In this document: positions 37,781 through 46,668 of the stretch, in pieces | How positions within the stretch are numbered: position 1 is the first letter of the stretch | Layout of the letters: each line of letters opens with the position of its first letter | Assembly (NCBI GenBank): GCA_002841395.1 | Contig: PGZM01000002.1 | Location: forward strand, 576,459-640,458 | Source of the DNA: Firmicutes bacterium HGW-Firmicutes-9 | GTDB taxonomy: Bacteria; Bacillota; Clostridia; Christensenellales; CAG-138 | Reading direction: 5' to 3' | Length of the DNA stretch: 64,000 nt | Program-made: the position numbers and the translations under genes | Notes under the pieces: generated by a model | Told to the model about the DNA's origin: nothing | Seen by the model: only the letters and a program-made list of their open reading frames with translations | Database searches by the model: none

Positions 37781-39022
37781 ATGGAAGCAACAAAGAATAA
37801 GCTCTGGACAAGAGACTTTTCCATATTAACGCTCGGCACGGTCGTCTCCATGCTCGGAAACGCGGTGGCCGGCTTTGCCATCGGTCTTCTGGTCTATGAT
37901 AAGACGGAGTCCGTTCTGCTGTATGCGTTGTTCATGACCTGCTACAGTCTGCCGCGGATCGTGCTCCCTATGTTCGCGGGACCGTATCTCGACCGGTTTT
38001 CCCGCAAACGCGTGATCTATACGCTGGACTTCGCTTCGGCTGCGTTTTATACCATGTTCTTCATCTTGCTGCTCCGAGGTTACTTCAATTATACGGCGTA
38101 TCTGCTGATGTCCATGGTCGTCGGCGGCATCGACAGCGTCTACAGCGTCGCTTACGAGAGCTTTTATCCTACTTTAATCAGCGAAGGCAACATGACGCGC
38201 GCCTATTCCATCGAGAGCCTGATCTATCCGCTCAGCAGCGCGATCATGGTGCCCATCGCGGGTATTTGCTATCGCACCATCGGCCTGGCTCCGCTGTTTT
38301 TGTTCAATGCGTTTACGTTCTTGATCGCGGCGATTGCCGAAACGCAGATCAAAGCGATTGAGACGCATATCGCAAACACAGTCGAAAAATTCAACGGCAG
38401 CCGCTTCATGCAGGACCTCAAGGACGGGTTTGCGTATCTCAAGCGCGAGCGCGGGCTGAACGCGATCACATGGTTTTTCTTCGTGATGATGTTTACCAGC
38501 TCAATCTGCATGACGCTTGCGCTGCCCTACTTCAAGAGTCTGACCCTGGTCGACGGCATCATGCAATATTCGCTGGTGATGAGCGCCAATACGATCGGAC
38601 GCTTGATCGGCGGTTCGGTTCATTATTTCTACCGCTATCCAGCGCAAAAGAAGTATAACATCGCGCTATTTGTCTATGTGGCGATCTCAATCGTCGACGG
38701 CGCATATCTGTTCTTCCCATTCTGGGCGATGCTGATCTTCATGTTGTTTGAAGGCATGCTGGGCGTCACGAGCTACAACATCCGTATCTCCGGCACGCAA
38801 AACTACCTGCCAAACGAGATGCGCGGCCGGTTCAATGGACTGTTTCAGATGCTCAGCATCCTCGGCACAATCGGCGGCCAACTCATCGCGGGCGCAATCG
38901 GAGATCTGTTTGACATTCGCCTGGTCGTCGCGGTTTGCATGGCGATCTTCGGACTCTCCGTTTTCGTGTTCATCACACCCAACCGTGAAGCGGTGAAAAA
39001 GATCTACAACGTAAACGCATAA
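37781..39022 (+). CDS. MFS transporter (MefA/Tap-like)
   Basis: About 12 TM helices; GPYLDRFSRK motif A; RGRFNG. Confidence 0.85.
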   Translation: MEATKNKLWTRDFSILTLGTVVSMLGNAVAGFAIGLLVYDKTESVLLYALFMTCYSLPRIVLPMFAGPYLDRFSRKRVIYTLDFASAAFYTMFFILLLRGYFNYTAYLLMSMVVGGIDSVYSVAYESFYPTLISEGNMTRAYSIESLIYPLSSAIMVPIAGICYRTIGLAPLFLFNAFTFLIAAIAETQIKAIETHIANTVEKFNGSRFMQDLKDGFAYLKRERGLNAITWFFFVMMFTSSICMTLALPYFKSLTLVDGIMQYSLVMSANTIGRLIGGSVHYFYRYPAQKKYNIALFVYVAISIVDGAYLFFPFWAMLIFMLFEGMLGVTSYNIRISGTQNYLPNEMRGRFNGLFQMLSILGTIGGQLIAGAIGDLFDIRLVVAVCMAIFGLSVFVFITPNREAVKKIYNVNA

Positions 39023-39160
39023 ACACAATTTTATTCGAATATATTATGCAAACGCCGGTGTCAGCACTGGCGTTTTTGCTCGCTTTATGCGATAATAAAC
39101 GCGGTGTCGAGCGTAAATCGGCATTAACCAGAACAATTTTCACCAACAGGAGGCAATCTC

Positions 39161-40276
39161 ATGTTTGATCCCAGAATCCTGAAGCTGGCCGACGGATTGG
39201 TCAACTTTTCCTGCGCCGTCAAACCCGGCGAAAACGTACTCATCCAGAGCATCGGCGGCAACGAAGACCTCACGCGTGCGCTGATCAAAGAAGTCTACAA
39301 AGCGGGCGGCGTCCCCTTCCTCTGGCTGGAGGACAAGAGCCTTGACCGCGAAATCCTGATGCACTGCACGCCGGAACAGCTCACGCGCCGCGCAAAGGTC
39401 GACGCTTCCATGATGGAGCAGATGCAGGCGTTCATCGGCATCCGAGGCGGCACGAACGCAAGCGAATTCTCCGATGTGCCCGGTGATAAATTCAACGACT
39501 TTATGACCTATTACTGGACGCCCGTGCACGGCAAAATCCGCGTGCCCAAGACCAAATGGGTCATCCTCCGCTATCCTTCGCCCAGCATGGCGCAGCTTGC
39601 GGATATGAGCACCGAAGCGTTTGAGGACTACTTCTTCAACGTCTGCACGCTGGATTACAGCAAGATGGACAAGGCGATGGATTCGCTCAAAGCGCTCATG
39701 GAGCGCACGGACAAGGTTCGTCTCGTCGCGCCCGGCACCGACCTGACATTCTCCATCAAGGGTCTTCCCGCCATCAAGTGCGCGGGCAACATGAATATCC
39801 CCGACGGCGAGATTTATACGGCACCGGTCAAGAACAGCGTCAACGGCACCATCGCCTACAACACGCCGTCGCTGGAGGCGGGTTTTACGTTTACGGATAT
39901 CAAGTTCACGTTCAAAGACGGCAAGATCATCGAAGCCACCGCGAACGACACCGCCCGCATCAACAACCAGCTGGACATCGACGAAGGCGCGCGCTATGTC
40001 GGCGAATTTGCCATCGGCGTCAACCCCTATATCACCTTCCCGATGAAGGACACGCTGTTTGACGAGAAGATCGCGGGCAGCATCCACTTCACGCCCGGCA
40101 GTTGCTATGACGACTGCAACAACGGCAACAAATCCAGCCAGCACTGGGATATCGTGCTGATTCAGACGCCGGAGTACGGCGGCGGCGAAATCTGGTTTGA
40201 CGACGTACTGATCCGCAAAGACGGCCTGTTCGTGCTCCCGGAACTGCTCTGCCTCAATCCCGAGAACCTCAAGTAA
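39161..40276 (+). CDS. M29-family aminopeptidase (AmpS/PepS)
   Basis: NIPDGE, GEFAIG, FDEKIAGSIH and HWD. Confidence 0.9.
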   Translation: MFDPRILKLADGLVNFSCAVKPGENVLIQSIGGNEDLTRALIKEVYKAGGVPFLWLEDKSLDREILMHCTPEQLTRRAKVDASMMEQMQAFIGIRGGTNASEFSDVPGDKFNDFMTYYWTPVHGKIRVPKTKWVILRYPSPSMAQLADMSTEAFEDYFFNVCTLDYSKMDKAMDSLKALMERTDKVRLVAPGTDLTFSIKGLPAIKCAGNMNIPDGEIYTAPVKNSVNGTIAYNTPSLEAGFTFTDIKFTFKDGKIIEATANDTARINNQLDIDEGARYVGEFAIGVNPYITFPMKDTLFDEKIAGSIHFTPGSCYDDCNNGNKSSQHWDIVLIQTPEYGGGEIWFDDVLIRKDGLFVLPELLCLNPENLK

Positions 40277-40296
40277 GAACGCACGTATACAGCAAT

Positions 40297-40328
40297 ACAG
40301 CCCGGCGCATCTGCGCCGGGCTGTTGTT
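40297..40328. terminator. Terminator between convergent genes
   Basis: ACAGCCCGGCGCA-TC-TGCGCCGGGCTGT. Confidence 0.8.
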
Positions 40329-40356
40329 TATATGGATGCTTTCGTTTGCCGGAGGC

Positions 40357-40890
40357 TTAATTTTCCGGCTCGATGAGGCCGTAGTTGCCGTCTTTGCGCT
40401 TATACAGCACATTCATCTGGTTGGTGTCCGAATTGAGGAAGACGTAGAACGAATGGCCGACCATTTCGATCTGGAGCATGGCCTCTTCTTCGTCCATGGG
40501 CTTGATCGCAAAGCGCTTGACGCGAACGATCTTCGGTCCTTCCTCCTCGGCGTCCTCATCGCCGATGTACTCCTCTTCCAGGTCGCTCAACGCGCCGCTG
40601 CGGAGGCATTTCTCGAGTTTGGTACGGTGCCGGATAATCTGCTTTTCGAGTTTGTCGAGCACGTTGTCGATGGAGGCGTACATGTCGCCGGTGATCTCTT
40701 CCCCGCGGATGACTCCGCCGTCATAGGGGATTGTTACCTCGACGATGTGGCGGTTTTTTTCGACCGACAGGGTGACGAACACGTCAGCGTCCTGTGGGAA
40801 AAATCGTTCGAGCTTGCCAACTTTTTTGTTGACCAAGTCGTTGAGGTAATCGGAGATCTCAAGGTTTTTGCCAGTGATCGAGATACGCAT
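40357..40890 (-). CDS. hpf: Ribosome hibernation promoting factor (long HPF/RaiA)
   Basis: ITGKN, DMYASID and PMDEEEA..GHSFYVF..YKRKDGNYGLI. Confidence 0.93.
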   Translation of the reverse strand: MRISITGKNLEISDYLNDLVNKKVGKLERFFPQDADVFVTLSVEKNRHIVEVTIPYDGGVIRGEEITGDMYASIDNVLDKLEKQIIRHRTKLEKCLRSGALSDLEEEYIGDEDAEEEGPKIVRVKRFAIKPMDEEEAMLQIEMVGHSFYVFLNSDTNQMNVLYKRKDGNYGLIEPEN

Positions 40891-41153
40891 GATACCACTC
40901 CTTTTTCGGCAAACTATTTTGTACTCTGCCTATGTTTATTTATTCGATACAAAGATGATGTTCCCTTTTCGAATTCTAGGTTTATTAAACTTTATTTTCT
41001 CGTCTTGGGTCTGTCATCCTTGTGAACGAATTATAACTTTGTTCGACGAAATGTTCTGTAATAGAATCACTTGCAATTGAATTGTTTTTTGATTAAGATA
41101 AATGCAACTGGGAAATCATTTCGTCGAACCTGATCCAATGATGGTCTTGAAGA

Positions 41154-41184
41154 AAAAGCAGCGGCATACTCGTCCGCTGCTTTT
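41154..41184 (-). terminator. Terminator after guaD
   Basis: AAAAGCAGCGG...CCGCTGCTTTT. Confidence 0.8.
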
Positions 41185-41189
41185 GTGCG

Positions 41190-42464
41190 CTATTTGATTT
41201 TTTTACCGCCGCCGTAAACCGCGGCGATGCTCCGGTCATCCGCGAGGTACACCGCGCGCTCAAACCGTTCCTTTACCGTCAGCTCCCGCGCGCTCGGCGG
41301 CAGCCGCGTTTCATCCAGCACAACCGCGTGCAGCGGGTTGCCCGGCGCAAAGCCATCCGCGTCGCCAAAGTAGCGCGAACCCGCGCTGGTCGCAAGATAG
41401 TACGCCTCTCCCACGGTCAAAAACGGCTCCTTTCCTTCAGTCGCAATAGCGCGCGCTTTAGACATGCGAAGGCAGCCCGTCAGCACCTGCAGCATCGGCA
41501 GCTGCGCGCCGCCTGCGATATCAGAACCCAGCGCGACCCAGACGCCGCGCTCTTTCATCTGCCGCACGGGCGCAAACCCGCTGCAGATGTTGATGTTGGA
41601 ATCCGGGCAGTGCACGCAAAGCACGTTGTGGTCAATCATCGCCTGCTGCTCGCGCGCATCGGAATGCACGCAGTGCGCCATGATCGTGTGATCGGTCCAG
41701 AGGCCGTATTTGTCATAGGTCTGCCAATACTGCTCGCAATCGGGATGCAACTCTTTGACGAGTTCGATCTCGCGTTTATTTTCGCTCAAATGGGACTGTA
41801 CGTACACACCGCGCTCATTGGCAACCTTGCCAAGCCAGTCCATCAGTTCGTTGGTGCAGCTGGGCGTGAAGCGCGGCGTGAGAATCGGCTTCACATGCGT
41901 GAAGCGCGTGCTCTCATCGAGCCAGCGCAGGGTTTCCCGCTTGCTCTCCTCCGTCAGCTCCTGGCATTCGCCGCTCGCGCGGTCCATGTTTACCTTGCCG
42001 ACGTAGCCGCCGATACCGGCTTTCTCCAGCTCCTCCATCAAAATCAGCGTCGCATCTGTGTGAATCGAAGAATAGATGCAAACGCGCGTAGTTCCGTTGT
42101 TCACAAGATCCGCGGCAAGGCGGGAATACGCCATCCGCGCAAAATCGTTATCCGAAAAACGTGCTTCTGTTTTAAACGTATAGGTTTTAAGCCAATCCAT
42201 CAATGGCAAGTCCATGCCCATACCGAGCATAGGATACTGCGGCGCGTGCAGATGCATGTCTGAAAATCCCTGCAGAATCAGTTTGCCAGAGTAGTCTTCT
42301 ACCTTTGCTCCCACAAATTCAGCCGGAAGGTCGGCAAACACGCCCTTTACCACGCCGTCTTCCACCGCGAGGTAGCCGTTTTCCGTGATCACGGGGTCGC
42401 CGAATGTCTTTGCTTCTATGATATGTCCTTTGATGAGCGTTAAGCCCGATAATTGTTCTGTCAT
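41190..42464 (-). CDS. guaD: Guanine deaminase
   Basis: DMHLHAPQY, TPRFTPSC, QSHLSEN, AHCVH and GSDIAGG. Confidence 0.88.
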   Translation of the reverse strand: MTEQLSGLTLIKGHIIEAKTFGDPVITENGYLAVEDGVVKGVFADLPAEFVGAKVEDYSGKLILQGFSDMHLHAPQYPMLGMGMDLPLMDWLKTYTFKTEARFSDNDFARMAYSRLAADLVNNGTTRVCIYSSIHTDATLILMEELEKAGIGGYVGKVNMDRASGECQELTEESKRETLRWLDESTRFTHVKPILTPRFTPSCTNELMDWLGKVANERGVYVQSHLSENKREIELVKELHPDCEQYWQTYDKYGLWTDHTIMAHCVHSDAREQQAMIDHNVLCVHCPDSNINICSGFAPVRQMKERGVWVALGSDIAGGAQLPMLQVLTGCLRMSKARAIATEGKEPFLTVGEAYYLATSAGSRYFGDADGFAPGNPLHAVVLDETRLPPSARELTVKERFERAVYLADDRSIAAVYGGGKKIK

Positions 42465-42529
42465 GTCAATTCTTCCTTACCTGCCATCCGGAATCAACTT
42501 CCGCAGGCAGTTCTATCCATCATTTCTGA

Positions 42530-43102
42530 TCAGTTCTCTTTGGTGTCGATATCGTCCAGCTCCTGCGCGGAAAACGCCTCCACAAGTTGGATTCGATCCG
42601 GGTGCCGCTTGATCACCGCGCCGCCGCCGATATCCGCCTTGAGCGCGCATAGCTCCGGATAAAATTCCGCGGGGAAGATCGCCGGGTTTCCGCGCCGTTT
42701 CTCATAACAGAGCGAAGTGATATCGCTGGGGTGCGCCAAGAATGTCTCGATCAATCGATTCACGCTCTCCTGCGTGAGATACGGTTGATCCGCTACCGCA
42801 TACAGTATGCCGTCGAGTGCGGATTCTCTCGCGAGAATCGACTCTGTCGCGATGGCGACGCTGGTTCCGACGCCGCGCTCCGGGTCGGGATTGATCGCAA
42901 CCGGAAAGCCGCTCGCAAGCGCCAGACGCTGGATCTCTGTCTCCTCCGCTCGGGTCACGCATACGCGCGCCGCAAACGGTGTTTTCGAATAAAGCCGCAG
43001 CGCCCGCGCGATCATTGATTCCCCTTCGATCTCGTGGAGCAGCTTGCCGCCGCCGAAGCGCTTGCCCGCACCCGCCGCGAGCAGCACGCAGCCGATCTTC
43101 AC
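42530..43102 (-). CDS. mocA: Molybdenum cofactor cytidylyltransferase-like NTP transferase
   Basis: LAAGAGKRFG..KL, ADQP, GNPAIF and DID; next to xdh genes. Confidence 0.75.
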   Translation of the reverse strand: MKIGCVLLAAGAGKRFGGGKLLHEIEGESMIARALRLYSKTPFAARVCVTRAEETEIQRLALASGFPVAINPDPERGVGTSVAIATESILARESALDGILYAVADQPYLTQESVNRLIETFLAHPSDITSLCYEKRRGNPAIFPAEFYPELCALKADIGGGAVIKRHPDRIQLVEAFSAQELDDIDTKEN

Positions 43103-44469
43103 GCGCGATACCGTCCGGAGGCCTTGCGGAAGACGAATCTGCCCTTGCCCTCCTTGACGAGTTTGCCGCCCTGCACAACATGCCGTCCGCCGAGTAGCAC
43201 ATCCGAAACTGAGCCCAACACTTTCATGCCTTCATAGGGCGAGTTGTCGCATGCGTGCGCGTTGGTGCGGTGCGAAATCGTGCTCTCACCGGTGGGATCA
43301 TAGATCGTGATATCTGCCTCCGAACCCTCGCTGAGTACACCGCGGTGCGGGAACATGCCAAACATCTTTGCCGCGTTCTCGCTCATCATCGCCGCCATCT
43401 GCTGGAGCGTGATGCGCCCCGTGCGCACGGCGTAGGTGTAGATGAGCTGCGCGCGGTTCTGTACGCCCGCGCCGCCGTTGGGCGTTTTGCTGAATTCACC
43501 GCCGCCCAGCGCTTTCTGGCTCATCATAAACGAGCAATGGTCGGTGCCAATGACGTCGATCTCACCCGCGCCCATCGCCGAAAGCAGCGCATCTTCATCC
43601 GCAGGCTTTCTCAGTGGCGGGGACATGATGAACTTCTCCGCGTCTGGGTCGCCATAGCGCGCGTCGTCCAGCACGAGATACTGCGGGCAGGTTTCTAAGT
43701 AGACCTCCTGCCCTCTTGCTCTGGCGCGCTTCGCTTCTTCGAGACCTTCGCGTGTGGAGAGATGCACCACCCAGACAGGCGCTTTTGCAAGCTCGCCGAT
43801 GCGCATGAGACGCGCGACAGCCTCCGCCTCCACGGCGTTCGGCCGCGCGAGCGGGTGCGCCAGCGGGGAACGCATGCCGATGCTGTTGAGCTCGTGAATC
43901 CGCTCGTTGAGTACGTCGTAGTTTTCGCAGTGTACGCCGCTGATGCAGTTCAGGGCAGCCATGTGCTTCAGCGCGGCGTAGATTTCGCCGTCGTTGAGGC
44001 GCATCGCATCATACACCATATACATCTTAAAGGAAGTCACGCCCTGCGCGACCATATACTCGACCTCTGCCGCGCGCTCGCCGTCCCATTCCGAAATCGC
44101 CATATGGAAACCGTAGTTGCAGCTCGAGCCTTCCGCTTTTTTATGCCAGAGGTCGAGCGCGTCCTGCATGGTCATGCCGCGATCCTGTGTCGCAAAGTCC
44201 AGCACGGTCGTCGTGCCGCCAAGCACCGCCGCACGCGTGCCGGTGATGAAGTTGTCCGCGGTCACCGTGATGCCCAGGTCGAGATCGAAGTGCGTGTGCG
44301 TGTCGATAAAACCCGCGAATACGAGTTTTCCGCCCGCGTCGATGATTTCGTCCGCCTGCTCGTTGATTCCTGCTGCAATCCTCTTGATGAATCCGTTCTC
44401 GATCAGGATATCCGCCTGTTCGATGCCCTGGCTGCGTACGAGCGTTCCATTTTGTATGAGGGTTCGCAT
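43099..44469 (-). CDS. hydA: Dihydropyrimidinase/hydantoinase
   Basis: DTHTH, SFKMYMVY, HCEN, ETCPQYL, MSPPLR and TDHC. Confidence 0.88.
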   Translation of the reverse strand: MRTLIQNGTLVRSQGIEQADILIENGFIKRIAAGINEQADEIIDAGGKLVFAGFIDTHTHFDLDLGITVTADNFITGTRAAVLGGTTTVLDFATQDRGMTMQDALDLWHKKAEGSSCNYGFHMAISEWDGERAAEVEYMVAQGVTSFKMYMVYDAMRLNDGEIYAALKHMAALNCISGVHCENYDVLNERIHELNSIGMRSPLAHPLARPNAVEAEAVARLMRIGELAKAPVWVVHLSTREGLEEAKRARARGQEVYLETCPQYLVLDDARYGDPDAEKFIMSPPLRKPADEDALLSAMGAGEIDVIGTDHCSFMMSQKALGGGEFSKTPNGGAGVQNRAQLIYTYAVRTGRITLQQMAAMMSENAAKMFGMFPHRGVLSEGSEADITIYDPTGESTISHRTNAHACDNSPYEGMKVLGSVSDVLLGGRHVVQGGKLVKEGKGRFVFRKASGRYRA

Positions 44470-44690
44470 GGGTGATCGCCTCCTTCGTATATGATGCCTG
44501 AGTAACGTTTTTCGATTGACGAGATATGCGTTGTGTTTCTATTGATCGGTGTTCTGAAAACGCAGGATGCAAATAAAACAAACTGCAAAAGAACTATGTC
44601 TGGTTTTATTCTAGCACACGATTTTCTTCCTGCAAAGTATTTGCATCTAACAATCTTTGTGCTATACTAACAAAAAGGTGGGTGAGCATT

Positions 44691-46394
44691 ATGCAAAAGT
44701 CACGTCTTCGCGCCGCCATCCTCAACGCGGCTAACAGAAATGCTGCTCTGGTCATCAAAAACGCAAAAATCGTCAATGTTTTTACAGAAGAAATCATAGA
44801 AGGTGACGTCGCCATGCGCGATGGCATCATCATCGGCGTTGGTGAGTACACCGGACGCGTCGAAATCGATGCAAAAGGCGGATATCTCTGCCCCGGCCTC
44901 ATGGACGGACATGTACACATCGAATCTTCGATGGCGCATCCGACCCGTTTTGCCAACGTCATTCTCGAAAAAGGCACCACTTCTATCATCGCAGACCCGC
45001 ATGAGATCGCAAATGTCTGTGGTTCAGACGGAATTCAATACATGCTCGATCAGACGGAATGGCTTCCCCTTTCCGTCTTTGTTATGGTTCCGTCCTGCGT
45101 GCCCGCGACAGCGTTCGAAACCAGCGGCGCGAAACTGACGGCGAAGGACCTGGAAGCCTTCATCTCGCACCCGCGCGTGCTGGGTCTCGGCGAAGTGATG
45201 GACTATGTCGCAACCGTCGAAGGCGAAGGCGAAATGCTCGATAAGCTGCATCTCTTCCGGCATCATCCGATCGACGGACATGCCCCGACGCTGACTGGCG
45301 ACGCGCTCAACGCATATTGCGTTGCAGGGCCGATCACGGATCATGAGTGCATCACATATGAAGAAGTGCTCGAAAAACTTCGAAAAGGTCTCCGCATCCA
45401 CCTGCGCTTAGGTTCTGCCAACCGCAACGTCGAACAGATCATGAAGCAGATTGCGGAAAACAAGCTTCCCACGCGCAGAATGTCCTTCTGCACGGACGAT
45501 AAGCACCTTGCGGACATCCGCGAAGAGGGCCATATCAACTATATCGTGCGCCGCGCGGTTGCAAACGGCATTCCGCCGATCAAAGCGATCCAGATGGCGA
45601 CCATCAATACCGCCGACGCGTACGGCATCCGCCATTACGGCGCAGTCGCACCGGGTTACCGCGCAGATCTCGTGTTGTTTGACAACCTGACCGACTTCAA
45701 CCCGCAGTTTGTGATCACCGACGGCAAGGTGTTTGAGCCGAGCGTGGACACGCACATCAAACCCGACCCGAAGATCTACAACAGTGTCCATCTTGCCCCG
45801 CGCAAGCCGGACGTGCTCAAGATGCCGATTACAGGCGAAGCAAACATCATCCGCCTGATTCCAAAAGAACTCGTCACCGCGCTGGACATCGAAGAAGTCT
45901 ACACCGAAAACGGCTGCTTTGTGCCAAAGAACGGTTTGCTCAAGCTCGCGGTGGTGGAACGCCACCATGCCTCCGGCAGAGTTGGTTTGGGCATTCTGCG
46001 CGGGTTTGACATCAAGGACGGCGCCATCGCAACCACCGTCGGACACGATTCCCACAACCTCGTGGTCGTCGGCGACAACGACGCGGATATGCTCATGGCG
46101 ATCGATGTGCTCGAAGAATGCGGCGGCGGCTATGTCGTGGTCAGCCGCGGCGAAGTGAAAGCAAAGCTCGTCCTCTCCGTTGCGGGACTGATGAGCGACG
46201 CACCGCTGGAAGTCATCCTCAAACATCAGCGTGAGCTGCTGGAAGCCGCAGAGAGCCTCGGCATACACACCGAGAGCGATCCATTCATCACGCTTTCCTT
46301 TATCGCGCTGCCGGTCATTCCGGATGTACGCCTGACCGATATGGGTCTGTTTAACGTGAGAACGATGGAGTTTTTCAACAAGATCAACCAATAA
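44691..46394 (+). CDS. ade: Adenine deaminase
   Basis: DGHVHIESS, DPHEIANV, TDHE, CTDD and HDSHN; the start may instead be GTG 44682. Confidence 0.93.
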   Translation: MQKSRLRAAILNAANRNAALVIKNAKIVNVFTEEIIEGDVAMRDGIIIGVGEYTGRVEIDAKGGYLCPGLMDGHVHIESSMAHPTRFANVILEKGTTSIIADPHEIANVCGSDGIQYMLDQTEWLPLSVFVMVPSCVPATAFETSGAKLTAKDLEAFISHPRVLGLGEVMDYVATVEGEGEMLDKLHLFRHHPIDGHAPTLTGDALNAYCVAGPITDHECITYEEVLEKLRKGLRIHLRLGSANRNVEQIMKQIAENKLPTRRMSFCTDDKHLADIREEGHINYIVRRAVANGIPPIKAIQMATINTADAYGIRHYGAVAPGYRADLVLFDNLTDFNPQFVITDGKVFEPSVDTHIKPDPKIYNSVHLAPRKPDVLKMPITGEANIIRLIPKELVTALDIEEVYTENGCFVPKNGLLKLAVVERHHASGRVGLGILRGFDIKDGAIATTVGHDSHNLVVVGDNDADMLMAIDVLEECGGGYVVVSRGEVKAKLVLSVAGLMSDAPLEVILKHQRELLEAAESLGIHTESDPFITLSFIALPVIPDVRLTDMGLFNVRTMEFFNKINQ

Positions 46395-46668
46395 TCGCAC
46401 GTTTGAAAAACAACATCTATTGAATAGCAAAATGATTACGCTACATGTTGTTGAATCTGTGATATTCTCGTAGCATTTTATGAAAATTAGCCCGTTTGTT
46501 ATCTAATCGTAGTAAGATAAGCTTGTATCAATAGACGTTACTGTTATACTAATATTTTCCTGATTTCACAGAAGATTTTGCACAACAAACGTCTTTCGCC
46601 CCCTTTTATCAATCACCCGCGGTGTGGAGCGACGCCGCAGGTTTTGCCACAAATCACAGGAGGGAACT

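Noticed and set aside
40891-41150. raiA-motif ncRNA upstream of hpf
   Set aside because: The region is AT-rich and I could not find the conserved raiA-motif segments; an Rfam scan would be decisive.
46395-46668. Purine/xanthine riboswitch upstream of xdhA (and in 44470-44690)
   Set aside because: No TATAAT...ATATGG...GTTTCTACC core or matching three-way junction was seen.
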